64,000 nt of DNA from a virus. Lineage: Duplodnaviria; Caudoviricetes. The DNA is taken from positions 1 through 64,000 of IMG/VR virus record IMGVR_UViG_3300031760_000009. One strand, written 5' to 3'. The notes beneath the pieces were generated by a model. The model was not told the DNA's origin. It searched no databases and saw only the letters and a list, made by a program, of their open reading frames with translations. The translations under genes were made by a program, and so were the position numbers. Position 1 is the first letter of the stretch. Every line of letters starts with the position of its first letter. This document shows positions 1 through 8,586 of the stretch, one piece after another.

Positions 1-85
1 TATCTTTTTCAAAAAAAAAAAAAACACTTTAACTTCTGGTCTGTTCTTATTCTTTTCCAATTCACCTTCTAAAAGTTCTGCCTTA

Positions 86-286
86 TTATTTATCTCCAAT
101 CATTCGCCATACCTGACTTAGTGTTTCAGCGGCGATTACACACCGATTCACACTCTTGCAGTATTCTTCAATTTCAAGTTTGCTGAACTGATTATCAATC
201 GATGTTATCTTACGCCAACTGAATACCGCATGATTCTTTTCATCTACATACATTGATATACAAGCACGACCATTATTAAACCTCAT
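86..286 (-). CDS. hypothetical phage protein
   Basis: 66-aa ORF, same orientation as the tightly packed early ORFs; no recognisable motif. Confidence 0.4.
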   Translation of the reverse strand: MRFNNGRACISMYVDEKNHAVFSWRKITSIDNQFSKLEIEEYCKSVNRCVIAAETLSQVWRMIGDK

Positions 287-334
287 ATCCAGTATCTTGT
301 TAGCAATTTTTCAAATTCTTCTTTTGTCATAATA

Positions 335-586
335 TCAACCTTTATTATAAGTCAGCCAAAGCCAAGAAGTAGGTTTTAAACCTTTCAAATAACATTCACC
401 ATTTGCACAGAACTGACAATTTAAACATCCATTATCTTTATGTTTTATCTCACAATATTCTTTCAGTGCGATTGCACAATTCAACGCATATTTATCATGT
501 TCTTCTCGTTCATGTTTTTTACATTCACGTTCATCATCAGTCTGATAATCACAAAAGTAACATTTATACATCTTAATTTCTTGCAT
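335..586 (-). CDS. small zinc-finger protein
   Basis: YKCYFC..C..HE..EH (C2H2-like) plus a second CxxCxxC cluster; abuts the next ORF. Confidence 0.6.
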   Translation of the reverse strand: MQEIKMYKCYFCDYQTDDERECKKHEREEHDKYALNCAIALKEYCEIKHKDNGCLNCQFCANGECYLKGLKPTSWLWLTYNKG

Positions 587-587
587 A

Positions 588-815
588 TTATTTCCCTTTC
601 TTACATGGACATGATTCTGAATGAATAAAATAACCCTTACGAGTTAATGCCAGATATTCATGGTCTTCAAATTTCATTTTATAAAAGTAAACATCAATTA
701 CAGAATAATTATTATTTGATTCTTTATTTGATTGTGTATTTAATTGTGAATAAAAATAACATACAATAATTATAGTCAAACCAATCATTACCAAAAATTG
801 CTTATTATCATCCAT
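588..815 (-). CDS. small membrane-anchored hypothetical protein
   Basis: N-terminal hydrophobic helix; C-terminal HSESCPC; tightly packed with its neighbours. Confidence 0.6.
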   Translation of the reverse strand: MDDNKQFLVMIGLTIIIVCYFYSQLNTQSNKESNNNYSVIDVYFYKMKFEDHEYLALTRKGYFIHSESCPCKKGK

Positions 816-817
816 AT

Positions 818-1045
818 TTATTTGCCTTTCTCAATCACTGTTTTACAGTTACAGTTCTTCATATGTTTATCGAGTTTATTCTCTATAGACAAATTTGAAC
901 AATATACCATTATTGCTATAAATAAAGCTATTATAGCAAGAAATTCAACAAACCTTATATAGCCTTTCAATTCATAATAACGAGATATATTTTGTTTCTG
1001 ATAATTGTATAAATCATTCAAACTTTTTTCTATGTCAATTCCCAT
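818..1045 (-). CDS. small membrane protein
   Basis: single TM segment FVEFLAIIALFIAIMVY; start overlaps the upstream stop. Confidence 0.6.
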   Translation of the reverse strand: MGIDIEKSLNDLYNYQKQNISRYYELKGYIRFVEFLAIIALFIAIMVYCSNLSIENKLDKHMKNCNCKTVIEKGK

Positions 1046-1773
1046 TATTCAAGTTCTCCATATTTCATCTTATACTGCTTGAGTTCCATCAGCCATTCCA
1101 TTAGCTGTAGATGGTCTTTACAGCAGGTATCAATAAAACCAGCAGAGATTCTATCTTTATTACTTATTTCACATTGATTTGCAATCTCTCTGCAATGTTC
1201 AATAGCTTCATCAAGTTTCATCGCATCCCTTAACGAATGATGCCTACAGAACTTTTCAACTTCACCTAGCAGATAAGTTATATAGACATTCAATTTAGTA
1301 TCCGTTATCTGCTCAAGAGTATGAGTAAAACGTAATTTCTTATTATTTCTAGTCTTAATCCATATAGAATAATATGAACCGACTAGTTCTGGTGGCTGTG
1401 CTGGATATACGCCAAAATTTTCAAGTTCCATTCTGGCATATATGTTATATTCCTTGAAATCATTCAATGCCAGTATAATCCAATCATCAGCATTACCATT
1501 TCTAATATTCTTATCATATTCAATACCACGATGACCGTGATTGATATGATACTTAATGTTTTCAGATGGTAAATTATTCAATACATCTGTCATTAAATCT
1601 ATATTTTCATGACAACAATCCTTGTATAACTGCCATATATCAGAACCACATATATTATATCTTTCAAGAATATCTATACATTCAATATTGATAAATAGTA
1701 GTCTTTCCAATATCGTCAATGCACCGGGATTACCTTGACATAATTTTGTTATTTTTTCATTTAATTCTTTCAT
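1045..1773 (-). CDS. hypothetical phage protein
   Basis: 242-aa ORF, translationally coupled at both ends; GNPGAL N-terminus. Confidence 0.7.
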   Translation of the reverse strand: MKELNEKITKLCQGNPGALTILERLLFINIECIDILERYNICGSDIWQLYKDCCHENIDLMTDVLNNLPSENIKYHINHGHRGIEYDKNIRNGNADDWIILALNDFKEYNIYARMELENFGVYPAQPPELVGSYYSIWIKTRNNKKLRFTHTLEQITDTKLNVYITYLLGEVEKFCRHHSLRDAMKLDEAIEHCREIANQCEISNKDRISAGFIDTCCKDHLQLMEWLMELKQYKMKYGELE

Positions 1774-1967
1774 TATTTTTCATTTCTTATACATTCAAAA
1801 CAAAGAACGCTTGCTTTATGAACAGACCATCCAGCAATTTCAGCAATATTCCTCATCTCGGAAAGTGTTCGGAAACCATATTCGTAATCCAATGGTGATA
1901 AACGTCTGCCACATTTATCACATGTTACGACATACATTTTATTGATACTCATATACAGCCTCCACAA
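1773..1967 (-). CDS. small zinc-binding protein (paralog of 4449-4703)
   Basis: TCDKCG...GW.V...LCxxC pattern. Confidence 0.6.
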   Translation of the reverse strand: MWRLYMSINKMYVVTCDKCGRRLSPLDYEYGFRTLSEMRNIAEIAGWSVHKASVLCFECIRNEK

Positions 1968-2230
1968 CAGCCATGTTCGACATTCTCATTTGCAATCTTT
2001 TCTATTTCGTCTTTATATGGTTGTAAATCTTCTGGTAATTCTTCTTCATTAATATACCAGTCGCCTTCACCTGCTATGTAATCCATATCCCCAATATAAA
2101 AACAGGAACCACCGCTATGAAGAATATTACCAAGATTACGCTCAATACCATTAATACGTAATATTAGATTACCAGCACACAAACAGGGATATTTACCATC
2201 AAACGAAACAAATTTAATTACTGGTTTCAA
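1949..2230 (-). CDS. hypothetical phage protein
   Basis: YPCLCAG and C-terminal GCCGGCI; GGGG RBS upstream of a TTG start. Confidence 0.65.
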   Translation of the reverse strand: MKPVIKFVSFDGKYPCLCAGNLILRINGIERNLGNILHSGGSCFYIGDMDYIAGEGDWYINEEELPEDLQPYKDEIEKIANENVEHGCCGGCI

Positions 2231-2244
2231 TTTAAATCCCCCTA

Positions 2245-3192
2245 TTAAAACAATTCAGATTTCAGTTCCTTTATCTGTTTATACACTTCCACTTGTAGCG
2301 ACTTGAAATTAATACTAGGATTCTTCTGGTCTTTGAGTATCTGCCACATACATTCTGTTATAAAATCGTGATATACAGTTCCTAACAACTGAGGTATCAT
2401 CTTATTATTCCAACACGCTTTATCAATCATTAACTTCGCATATACTTTATTCACAATATCCAAAGTCAGATATTTTTCTGCAATTTCCTGTTCTAATGAA
2501 TATTTCTCTTTTTCATCTTTTACATGTTTCTTCTGCTTGAAGTCTGAAGTGACAATCTTAGCCCATACTCTTCTTCCATATCTGTTTGTGAAATCAAGAT
2601 TCTTTATGACAATTCCTTCTCCGATAAAACTATTATCTGGAAATAGGAAATGATTCTGTTTTACAAGCTCAATAATATCTTCTACTTTCGGATATTTCAA
2701 TTTAGACATAACAGGAATATAATCGATTCCATATTCTTTACAAGCCTTTTCTATTTCAATATAATCAGTATAAAATTCAGACTGCGAAACTATATCAAAA
2801 ACATAGAATTTATTATAGGCATCTTTCCTATAAGTCTTAATCGTATGAGGAATAAGCCATTCACCATAAACAATACAGTTAGGAAATCTATTTAATAAGT
2901 TTAAATATTTTTCTTGATTGTCATAGATATATTTCATAAAACCTGCGTGGTCATAATCAAAGGTCAGTTCTCTGTTTCTTGAACCACAATAAATAACACC
3001 ATCTTCAAACCAAATACAACAGTTAGAACCGTCTATTTTCGGCTGTACAAAAACAGTTCCATTAAGAATACCTTCGGTTTCATCATAGTTAGACAGTTTT
3101 TCTATATGTTGATATTTAACAAAATTAGCCATTTTTGACATCCTCTTTTCTATATGTTGATATTTAACAAAATTAGCCATTTTTGACATCAT
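2245..3192 (-). CDS. ATP-dependent RNA ligase, Rnl2-like (true start probably MANF at ~3132)
   Basis: Nucleotidyltransferase motifs: I (KIDGSN), SRN, III (YGEW), IIIa (FYVFDI), IV (EGIVIK), V (AKIV). Confidence 0.8.
   Translation of the reverse strand: MMSKMANFVKYQHIEKRMSKMANFVKYQHIEKLSNYDETEGILNGTVFVQPKIDGSNCCIWFEDGVIYCGSRNRELTFDYDHAGFMKYIYDNQEKYLNLLNRFPNCIVYGEWLIPHTIKTYRKDAYNKFYVFDIVSQSEFYTDYIEIEKACKEYGIDYIPVMSKLKYPKVEDIIELVKQNHFLFPDNSFIGEGIVIKNLDFTNRYGRRVWAKIVTSDFKQKKHVKDEKEKYSLEQEIAEKYLTLDIVNKVYAKLMIDKACWNNKMIPQLLGTVYHDFITECMWQILKDQKNPSINFKSLQVEVYKQIKELKSELF
3098..3190. repeat. 45-bp direct repeat, 2 copies, period 48 bp
   Basis: ttttctatatgttgatatttaacaaaattagccatttttgacatc at 3098-3142 and 3146-3190; produces the duplicated peptide MSKMANFVKYQHIEK. 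Confidence 0.95.
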
Positions 3193-3260
3193 CCCACGGC
3201 TGAAGCCGATGGGATTCCCTTATTCGGCGTTAGATGCCCCTAACGGAACTCAGGATATTG
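3183..3260 (-). ncRNA. IS200/IS605 right end / 3' part of TnpB omega(re)RNA scaffold
   Basis: Minus strand GGAATCCCATCGGCTTCAGCCGTGGGATGATGTCAA: subterminal hairpin ending in TCAA immediately after the tnpB stop; upstream boundary not determined. Confidence 0.75.
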
Positions 3261-4240
3261 ATTGCGGCATTTACATCACGATGATGGTGGCTACCGCAAA
3301 TCGGACAATCCCAAGCTCTTACCCCCAAGCCACTTAGTCCACTCGGACCAGTCTTTTCATGACAGACCGAGCAAGTAACAGTGGAGAACTTTTCCGAAAC
3401 TATTAGCACGTCCATACAGTGCCTAATGGCTTTATACGACAGCATGGACTTTATCTGAAAGGTGGCTACGTCAAAAATGGACTTAGCCATCCTAGTCTTA
3501 CATAATCCTTTTGCTATGATATTTCCAACAACAACTAGTTTTGATGTACGGCAAATATCAGTAGTTACTTTATTGTTCCAGTCATTTCTGATATTCTTGA
3601 TTTTCCTGTGTATCTTAGTGACCTGACGTTTCTTTCTAGCTCTTTGTGCTGTAGCCAGTTTATCCGCAAATTTCCTAGTCAGATTCTCACGTTCGTACAC
3701 AACTCCATCAGAACATGTAATCTGTTCCTTACAACCCAAGTCTATTCCAATCTCTCTGTCGCATACACGTTCCTTTTCTATAACAGCATCCGTAGTTATA
3801 TTCAGAAACCAATGACCAGAAGCATCCTGATTGAAAGAACCACATAGAACATTTCCATCAACTTTCTGTGAATACCATAACTTGAAGCTACGCTTCATAT
3901 ATGTGGCTGTTCCAGTTTCATAATCAAACAGAAAATTTCTTTTATCAAATGGAATCCAACCGAGAGATTTCCTAGATGTCCTCCATTTAAGTTTGAGTTT
4001 CTTGAACTGTTTGGATTTCTGGATATAATTCTTAATCACCAGCTGTACTGTAGCTGAATTAATATTCTGAAATTTACATATTTTATGAATATCATATTCT
4101 GAAAATAAATCTCCGAATAAGTTATAGAAACTAAGACGAAATGACTGTACCTCGTTCCAGATGTGATTAACAATACCAGCTTTCTTACAAAGCCAGTTAA
4201 TATGTGTAGAATCCTTTATTCTGAAATGGTACGTCTGCAT
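3230..4240 (-). CDS. tnpB: TnpB-family RNA-guided nuclease with atypical RuvC-II
   Basis: RuvC-I GIDLG; RuvC-II reads VVVGNI (Glu replaced by Gly) with a downstream VSEKFST; Zn finger CSVC..CPIC; RuvC-III HRDVNAAINI; no tnpA nearby. Confidence 0.9.
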   Translation of the reverse strand: MQTYHFRIKDSTHINWLCKKAGIVNHIWNEVQSFRLSFYNLFGDLFSEYDIHKICKFQNINSATVQLVIKNYIQKSKQFKKLKLKWRTSRKSLGWIPFDKRNFLFDYETGTATYMKRSFKLWYSQKVDGNVLCGSFNQDASGHWFLNITTDAVIEKERVCDREIGIDLGCKEQITCSDGVVYERENLTRKFADKLATAQRARKKRQVTKIHRKIKNIRNDWNNKVTTDICRTSKLVVVGNIIAKGLCKTRMAKSIFDVATFQIKSMLSYKAIRHCMDVLIVSEKFSTVTCSVCHEKTGPSGLSGLGVRAWDCPICGSHHHRDVNAAINILSSVRGI

Positions 4241-4241
4241 A

Positions 4242-4409
4242 TCAGTTCCTTTTCTGGTCTTCTATATATTTCTTTAAACTTTCATATTCCTTATCAATTA
4301 AAATCTGTATGATTACAGACTTGTTCATAGATTTAATTTCACTTAATTCCTGTAATTTCTTTAAATGTTGTTCACTTAAAGAAATAGTAGTTGTTTTTCG
4401 TTTAATCAT
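4242..4409 (-). CDS. ribbon-helix-helix (CopG-like) protein, 55 aa, absent from the ORF track
   Basis: My translation: MIKRKTTTISLSEQHLKKLQELSEIKSMNKSVIIQILIDKEY...; GGAG RBS; stop is 1 nt before the tnpB ATG. Confidence 0.75.
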   Translation of the reverse strand: MIKRKTTTISLSEQHLKKLQELSEIKSMNKSVIIQILIDKEYESLKKYIEDQKRN

Positions 4410-4431
4410 ATTTTATTCACTCCATAAATAT

Positions 4432-4460
4432 ATTGTAACACAAAATAATTAAAATGTCAA
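4432..4460 (-). promoter_or_regulatory. sigma70-type promoter for RHH-tnpB
   Basis: TTGACA-N17-TACAAT. Confidence 0.7.
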
Positions 4461-4703
4461 TATTACATTTACTATATTTTTATTAAAATAGTCACACTGT
4501 ATTAAACCAACACCAGCACAATTACAACATAAGAAAACTTTTTTACCTGTATTATGAATTTCAACAACTTTCCAACCACATTCATCAAGTCTGTGTATAA
4601 TTTCTTTCATATTATCAAAATCAATATGTTCTCCGACATTTTCCAATATATTACCACACTTATCACATGTACAACGAAAATAATGAATTTCTTTTATACT
4701 CAT
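4449..4703 (-). CDS. small zinc-binding protein (paralog of 1773-1967)
   Basis: TCDKCG...GWKV...LCCNC. Confidence 0.6.
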   Translation of the reverse strand: MSIKEIHYFRCTCDKCGNILENVGEHIDFDNMKEIIHRLDECGWKVVEIHNTGKKVFLCCNCAGVGLIQCDYFNKNIVNVILTF

Positions 4704-4716
4704 TTTAATTATCCTT

Positions 4717-4980
4717 CTATTGTTTTTTATTTTTGTTTAAAAGTTCGTTCGGAATTTTTATATCACTATCAATAGGTTCATATAGTTGCACTTCTACAGC
4801 GTTTTTAAAAGCTTTTATAAACATTTCACAAGTTTCAATCTCATAATTACCTGCAAGCAATATATTGTGTTTATCAATCCTGTCTTTTGTATCGTGTAAA
4901 AGCCGTTGAAAACAATCTTCAAATCTATTATTAATGAAATCTAATCCAAATTCAGATGGAATTTCTATAAGCAGTTTCAT
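4717..4980 (-). CDS. hypothetical phage protein
   Basis: 87-aa ORF in packed operon. Confidence 0.6.
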   Translation of the reverse strand: MKLLIEIPSEFGLDFINNRFEDCFQRLLHDTKDRIDKHNILLAGNYEIETCEMFIKAFKNAVEVQLYEPIDSDIKIPNELLNKNKKQ

Positions 4981-4986
4981 TCTTCT

Positions 4987-5325
4987 TCATTCTCCTGTTT
5001 CTGGAACATCAATACCTTTCATCGCCCACAAAAGACGTTCAACCCATTCTGGCAATGTCAGTTTCAAATATAATTTTCCTGTTAATTGGGAATATTTCTT
5101 TGTTACTTCTGACCAGATTTCAGCTTTTCTCGGATTAGGTTTTAAATCAAACCATTCACGAATATCAGAAATTCCGTCACGCAATTCAAGAATCAGTTTG
5201 TTTATCTTGTGTTCTTTTTCATAATAAGAAAGTTTGTCATTTTCCATAACATTATTTAAATTATTAGTAAAATCTAATAATAGTTTCTGACACCATGTTG
5301 GAATCTCATGTAAAATATAATTCAT
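4987..5325 (-). CDS. hypothetical phage protein
   Basis: 112-aa ORF in packed operon. Confidence 0.6.
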   Translation of the reverse strand: MNYILHEIPTWCQKLLLDFTNNLNNVMENDKLSYYEKEHKINKLILELRDGISDIREWFDLKPNPRKAEIWSEVTKKYSQLTGKLYLKLTLPEWVERLLWAMKGIDVPETGE

Positions 5326-5521
5326 TCTTTATTCTCCTGTATTCAGCATAACATTTTCTGGAACAGAACCGTCTGACAAGATGAGCCTTAGTCTGCCACT
5401 TGTCTTTCTGTTCTATCTCTTTTCCACAAATGATACAACGTACGTTATAGAATGTATCAGTTATCTCTGAAGAAATTTCGTTCATCAGCTTTTCTGTCCT
5501 GCAATTCAAGAATCCATTCAT
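5306..5521 (-). CDS. small zinc-finger protein
   Basis: CIICGK...RRFCSRKC. Confidence 0.55.
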   Translation of the reverse strand: MNGFLNCRTEKLMNEISSEITDTFYNVRCIICGKEIEQKDKWQTKAHLVRRFCSRKCYAEYRRIKNELYFT

Positions 5522-5705
5522 CTATGAAATCCGATGCTTCATCACGTGTTTCACCATCAAATGATACATTACAATATTCTTCGATTTCTCGAATAAGTTC
5601 CATTTGCTTTTCAGTCGGTTTCTTCTTGAATTTCAAATCCTTAGCACTTTTCATTTTTATTCTCCTTTTCAATATACCATTCTGGTTTCCAGTCTGGATT
5701 ATCAA
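5457..5705 (-). CDS. hypothetical protein (likely start MKSAK)
   Basis: PTEKQ...TRDEASDFID short helical motif; AGGAG RBS before MKSAK. Confidence 0.55.
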   Translation of the reverse strand: MIIQTGNQNGILKRRIKMKSAKDLKFKKKPTEKQMELIREIEEYCNVSFDGETRDEASDFIDEWILELQDRKADERNFFRDN

Positions 5706-5997
5706 TTAATTTCCAACATACACCTTTTTCAAAGCAATACGTCTTAAACTTACGCCATTGTTCTTTAGTTAATCCACTATTCAATATTGTTTCATCATAT
5801 TCAAAAGGGTCGATTATACTAAATGATTTTTTAACACCAGTTTCAATCTCTGTTACTCTCCATCTAAGCGGTCTGGTATTAACTCTACGCATCGAAACAA
5901 TGTGTTCTGGTTTGTAATCAAAGCACTTAACACAGATTTCCATTATTTCTTCTTTGGTTAAATCAGTTATTGGTTTAAATTTTCTTACCATTTTCAC
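5641..5997 (-). CDS. hypothetical phage protein
   Basis: 118-aa ORF overlapping both neighbours. Confidence 0.55.
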   Translation of the reverse strand: MKMVRKFKPITDLTKEEIMEICVKCFDYKPEHIVSMRRVNTRPLRWRVTEIETGVKKSFSIIDPFEYDETILNSGLTKEQWRKFKTYCFEKGVCWKLIDNPDWKPEWYIEKENKNEKC

Positions 5998-6244
5998 AGT
6001 CCTTTCCTAAAAACCAGTTCTGTTTTGCAATACTTTCAAATCTTTTTATCAACTTTTCTTCTACACTTCCATGATAATACAAAAATTTCAAAACATCATA
6101 TAAACAGCATCGTACAACATTAAGTTCTTCTTTTGACATTCTAACTTCATATTCAATGTAAGCATCTTCGGCATTGTTAATCTGATGAGGTTTTGCGAAC
6201 ATCAAATTATATAAAATATGTTCAATTATATCTTTGTCATTCAT
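5975..6244 (-). CDS. hypothetical phage protein
   Basis: 89-aa ORF, ATGA overlap with the helicase stop. Confidence 0.6.
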   Translation of the reverse strand: MNDKDIIEHILYNLMFAKPHQINNAEDAYIEYEVRMSKEELNVVRCCLYDVLKFLYYHGSVEEKLIKRFESIAKQNWFLGKDCENGKKI

Positions 6245-8004
6245 TTCAAACTATCTACAACTTTCTTTTCAATATCTTTCACAATATCATCAAGAGCAGT
6301 ATCAGAACTGCCATCAGCCAAAGATTCAATAACCTTTTCGATTACATCTTTCTTCATCTCAAGCTGTTCGTGTATAACCTGTTCTACAGTTCCAAGCGTA
6401 GTAAAGCTATATGCGTGAACATCATCATTCTGACCAGACCTGTAACATCTTCCGATTCTCTGCATAGATGTAGTAGGTTTTATGGGTTTCTCCCATTCGA
6501 TTACAATCTTTGCGAACTGTATATTATGACCATAATTGATTTTATCAGTCGTAATAAGGCACTTCATATCTGGGTCATCCTTGAATCTTCTGATTACGTC
6601 AAATGCATCAGTTCCATCACCACCCATACAGGTGATACACTTGTAACCATGTTCAACAAGCCATTTCTCAATAGCACGAATAGAACATTTATAGAAACTG
6701 AATATGACTACCTTTGAACTTGTCTGTGATACAATGTTTTCAAGATATTCAAACTTCGGATTATCATCATAACCCTCTCTTGAAGTATCACACAGAAATT
6801 GTCGTACGGCGTGGTACCTTTTCGTACCCTCTTCATATGAAAGTTTAACTTTTTCATATTCTGCCATAAATTTCTTGTCTGGTTCTATCATAACGTCATG
6901 TGTATATAAACCTGCTGGCAAATCAAGTTTCTTACGTATGACATATGGTGCTATAAGTGACTTAACATAGTTATGATTCTTAAATCCTACAGGTATCTGT
7001 TTTTCAACAACACGTATTCCAAATCTCGTTTTAAGTCTTAATCTCTGAGTAGCAAACTCAACAAAATTACTTTCAAAGAATTTTTCACCGCCAAGAATCA
7101 TTCCATCATCAATAAGCTTGAATACAGGGTAAATATCAAACAGTCTGTTTTCAATAGGTGTTCCAGACATAGGAAATACAGCATTTGGTTTCCAGACATT
7201 CTGTGCCAAATCAAAAAAATTCTTAGACATCTGTGCTTCTTTAAAATGTTTCATTCTATGAAATTCATCAACGATAATAATATCAAATTCCAAATCCTTC
7301 AGACGTTCATAATCAACCCTGCATTTTTCATAGTTTGTCACTAGAAATTTCAGACCATTATGTGTCTTGAACGTCTGATACAATGTACTTCTTTTTGAAG
7401 CAGATTCTGTACTTACAAACATCATCTGACCATCATGATAAAACTTGCAGTAGTCATTATAAAAATTCTTTGCAAGTGAAGCTGGTAATAAAATAATTGT
7501 CTTACCATATCCAAGACGTTCCATCAGATATTTTGCAATCACGATTGAAACAAGAGTCTTACCTGTTCCAATATCGTTAGCAATAACAACACGTTTACCT
7601 ACAATTCCATATATTATTGAATCTATCTGATTTCCGTAAAAGCCGTTAAATTCTTTAAAATTCTTTTTTATGATATCATTTTGCTGATTCATAAATTCTA
7701 CAATATCATCAAGACCTGCACTTGCAGTATCATATTCACGATTTTTAAGACTTTCAAGAAGTTTTCTTCTATTCAGAAACTTTGTATGAAACTTCTTTAA
7801 ATTATCTCCTATCTCAAGATTGAAATTATTGGCACGTATTATCTTTGTAATAATAGGATATGCTATATATGGAATCCTGTATATACCATTCTTGAGTTTA
7901 AAACACAATGTATATTTTGTACTATCCTGTACTGACAGAAGAGATTCATTTGATTCTTCTGTAATCATTATCTGGTTTGTTTTGTTATCAAAATCTAGTT
8001 TCAT
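6241..8004 (-). CDS. SNF2-family (SF2) helicase/ATPase
   Basis: Walker A NDIGTGKT, DEFH box, motif III MSGTPIENR, motif VI QRIGRCYR. Confidence 0.9.
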   Translation of the reverse strand: MKLDFDNKTNQIMITEESNESLLSVQDSTKYTLCFKLKNGIYRIPYIAYPIITKIIRANNFNLEIGDNLKKFHTKFLNRRKLLESLKNREYDTASAGLDDIVEFMNQQNDIIKKNFKEFNGFYGNQIDSIIYGIVGKRVVIANDIGTGKTLVSIVIAKYLMERLGYGKTIILLPASLAKNFYNDYCKFYHDGQMMFVSTESASKRSTLYQTFKTHNGLKFLVTNYEKCRVDYERLKDLEFDIIIVDEFHRMKHFKEAQMSKNFFDLAQNVWKPNAVFPMSGTPIENRLFDIYPVFKLIDDGMILGGEKFFESNFVEFATQRLRLKTRFGIRVVEKQIPVGFKNHNYVKSLIAPYVIRKKLDLPAGLYTHDVMIEPDKKFMAEYEKVKLSYEEGTKRYHAVRQFLCDTSREGYDDNPKFEYLENIVSQTSSKVVIFSFYKCSIRAIEKWLVEHGYKCITCMGGDGTDAFDVIRRFKDDPDMKCLITTDKINYGHNIQFAKIVIEWEKPIKPTTSMQRIGRCYRSGQNDDVHAYSFTTLGTVEQVIHEQLEMKKDVIEKVIESLADGSSDTALDDIVKDIEKKVVDSLK

Positions 8005-8480
8005 AATACTTTCACGTCATAAAAATTGGATTTAACAATGTTTTCAGCTTTCATTCTTTTGAATATAAGAACTGTACCTTTTTTCAAAGTCAATGTATGA
8101 TTCTCTTTTGAAATTTCAATATTACCCTTTTTAAATATGACATTTGAATCCGTTATAATTCCATCATATGTTTCTGTTTCTGGTACTGCAAGAATCTTAC
8201 CCATTAGATAAAGAGGTTTGTCCTTTGCAACAATGTCATGTAACATTTTAACTTCTACATCTCCACGTGTAGAAGTTGTTTCATCTGTTTTTCCAAACAC
8301 ATCCATCATTATTTTTCTTACATTAGAAAGATATTCAACTGGTACAGCCCAGCATTTAGCCTGTGGAACATATAAACGACCAGGAATTGTCTCTTTTAAA
8401 GTCGTTACAAATTTATCACTATATGGTGTAAAAATAAACGCTGTATCATTTTCTATGACAACATCAAATTCGTTATCCAT
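8001..8480 (-). CDS. hypothetical protein with HARP-like N-terminus
   Basis: FTPYSDKFV..LK..IPGR.Y....KCW.VP pattern; coupled to the SNF2 gene. Confidence 0.55.
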   Translation of the reverse strand: MDNEFDVVIENDTAFIFTPYSDKFVTTLKETIPGRLYVPQAKCWAVPVEYLSNVRKIMMDVFGKTDETTSTRGDVEVKMLHDIVAKDKPLYLMGKILAVPETETYDGIITDSNVIFKKGNIEISKENHTLTLKKGTVLIFKRMKAENIVKSNFYDVKVL

Positions 8481-8524
8481 AGTACATACAAAGTCCTTTC
8501 TTTTTTAAAAGTATTATATTGTAT

Positions 8525-8553
8525 ATATTAACATACTTAAATATACTTGTCAA
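8525..8553 (-). promoter_or_regulatory. sigma70-type promoter
   Basis: TTGACA-N17-TAATAT with extended -10 TG. Confidence 0.7.
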
Positions 8554-8586
8554 CTGAATATTTTATTTATTTTGAGCAAGTTAAAG

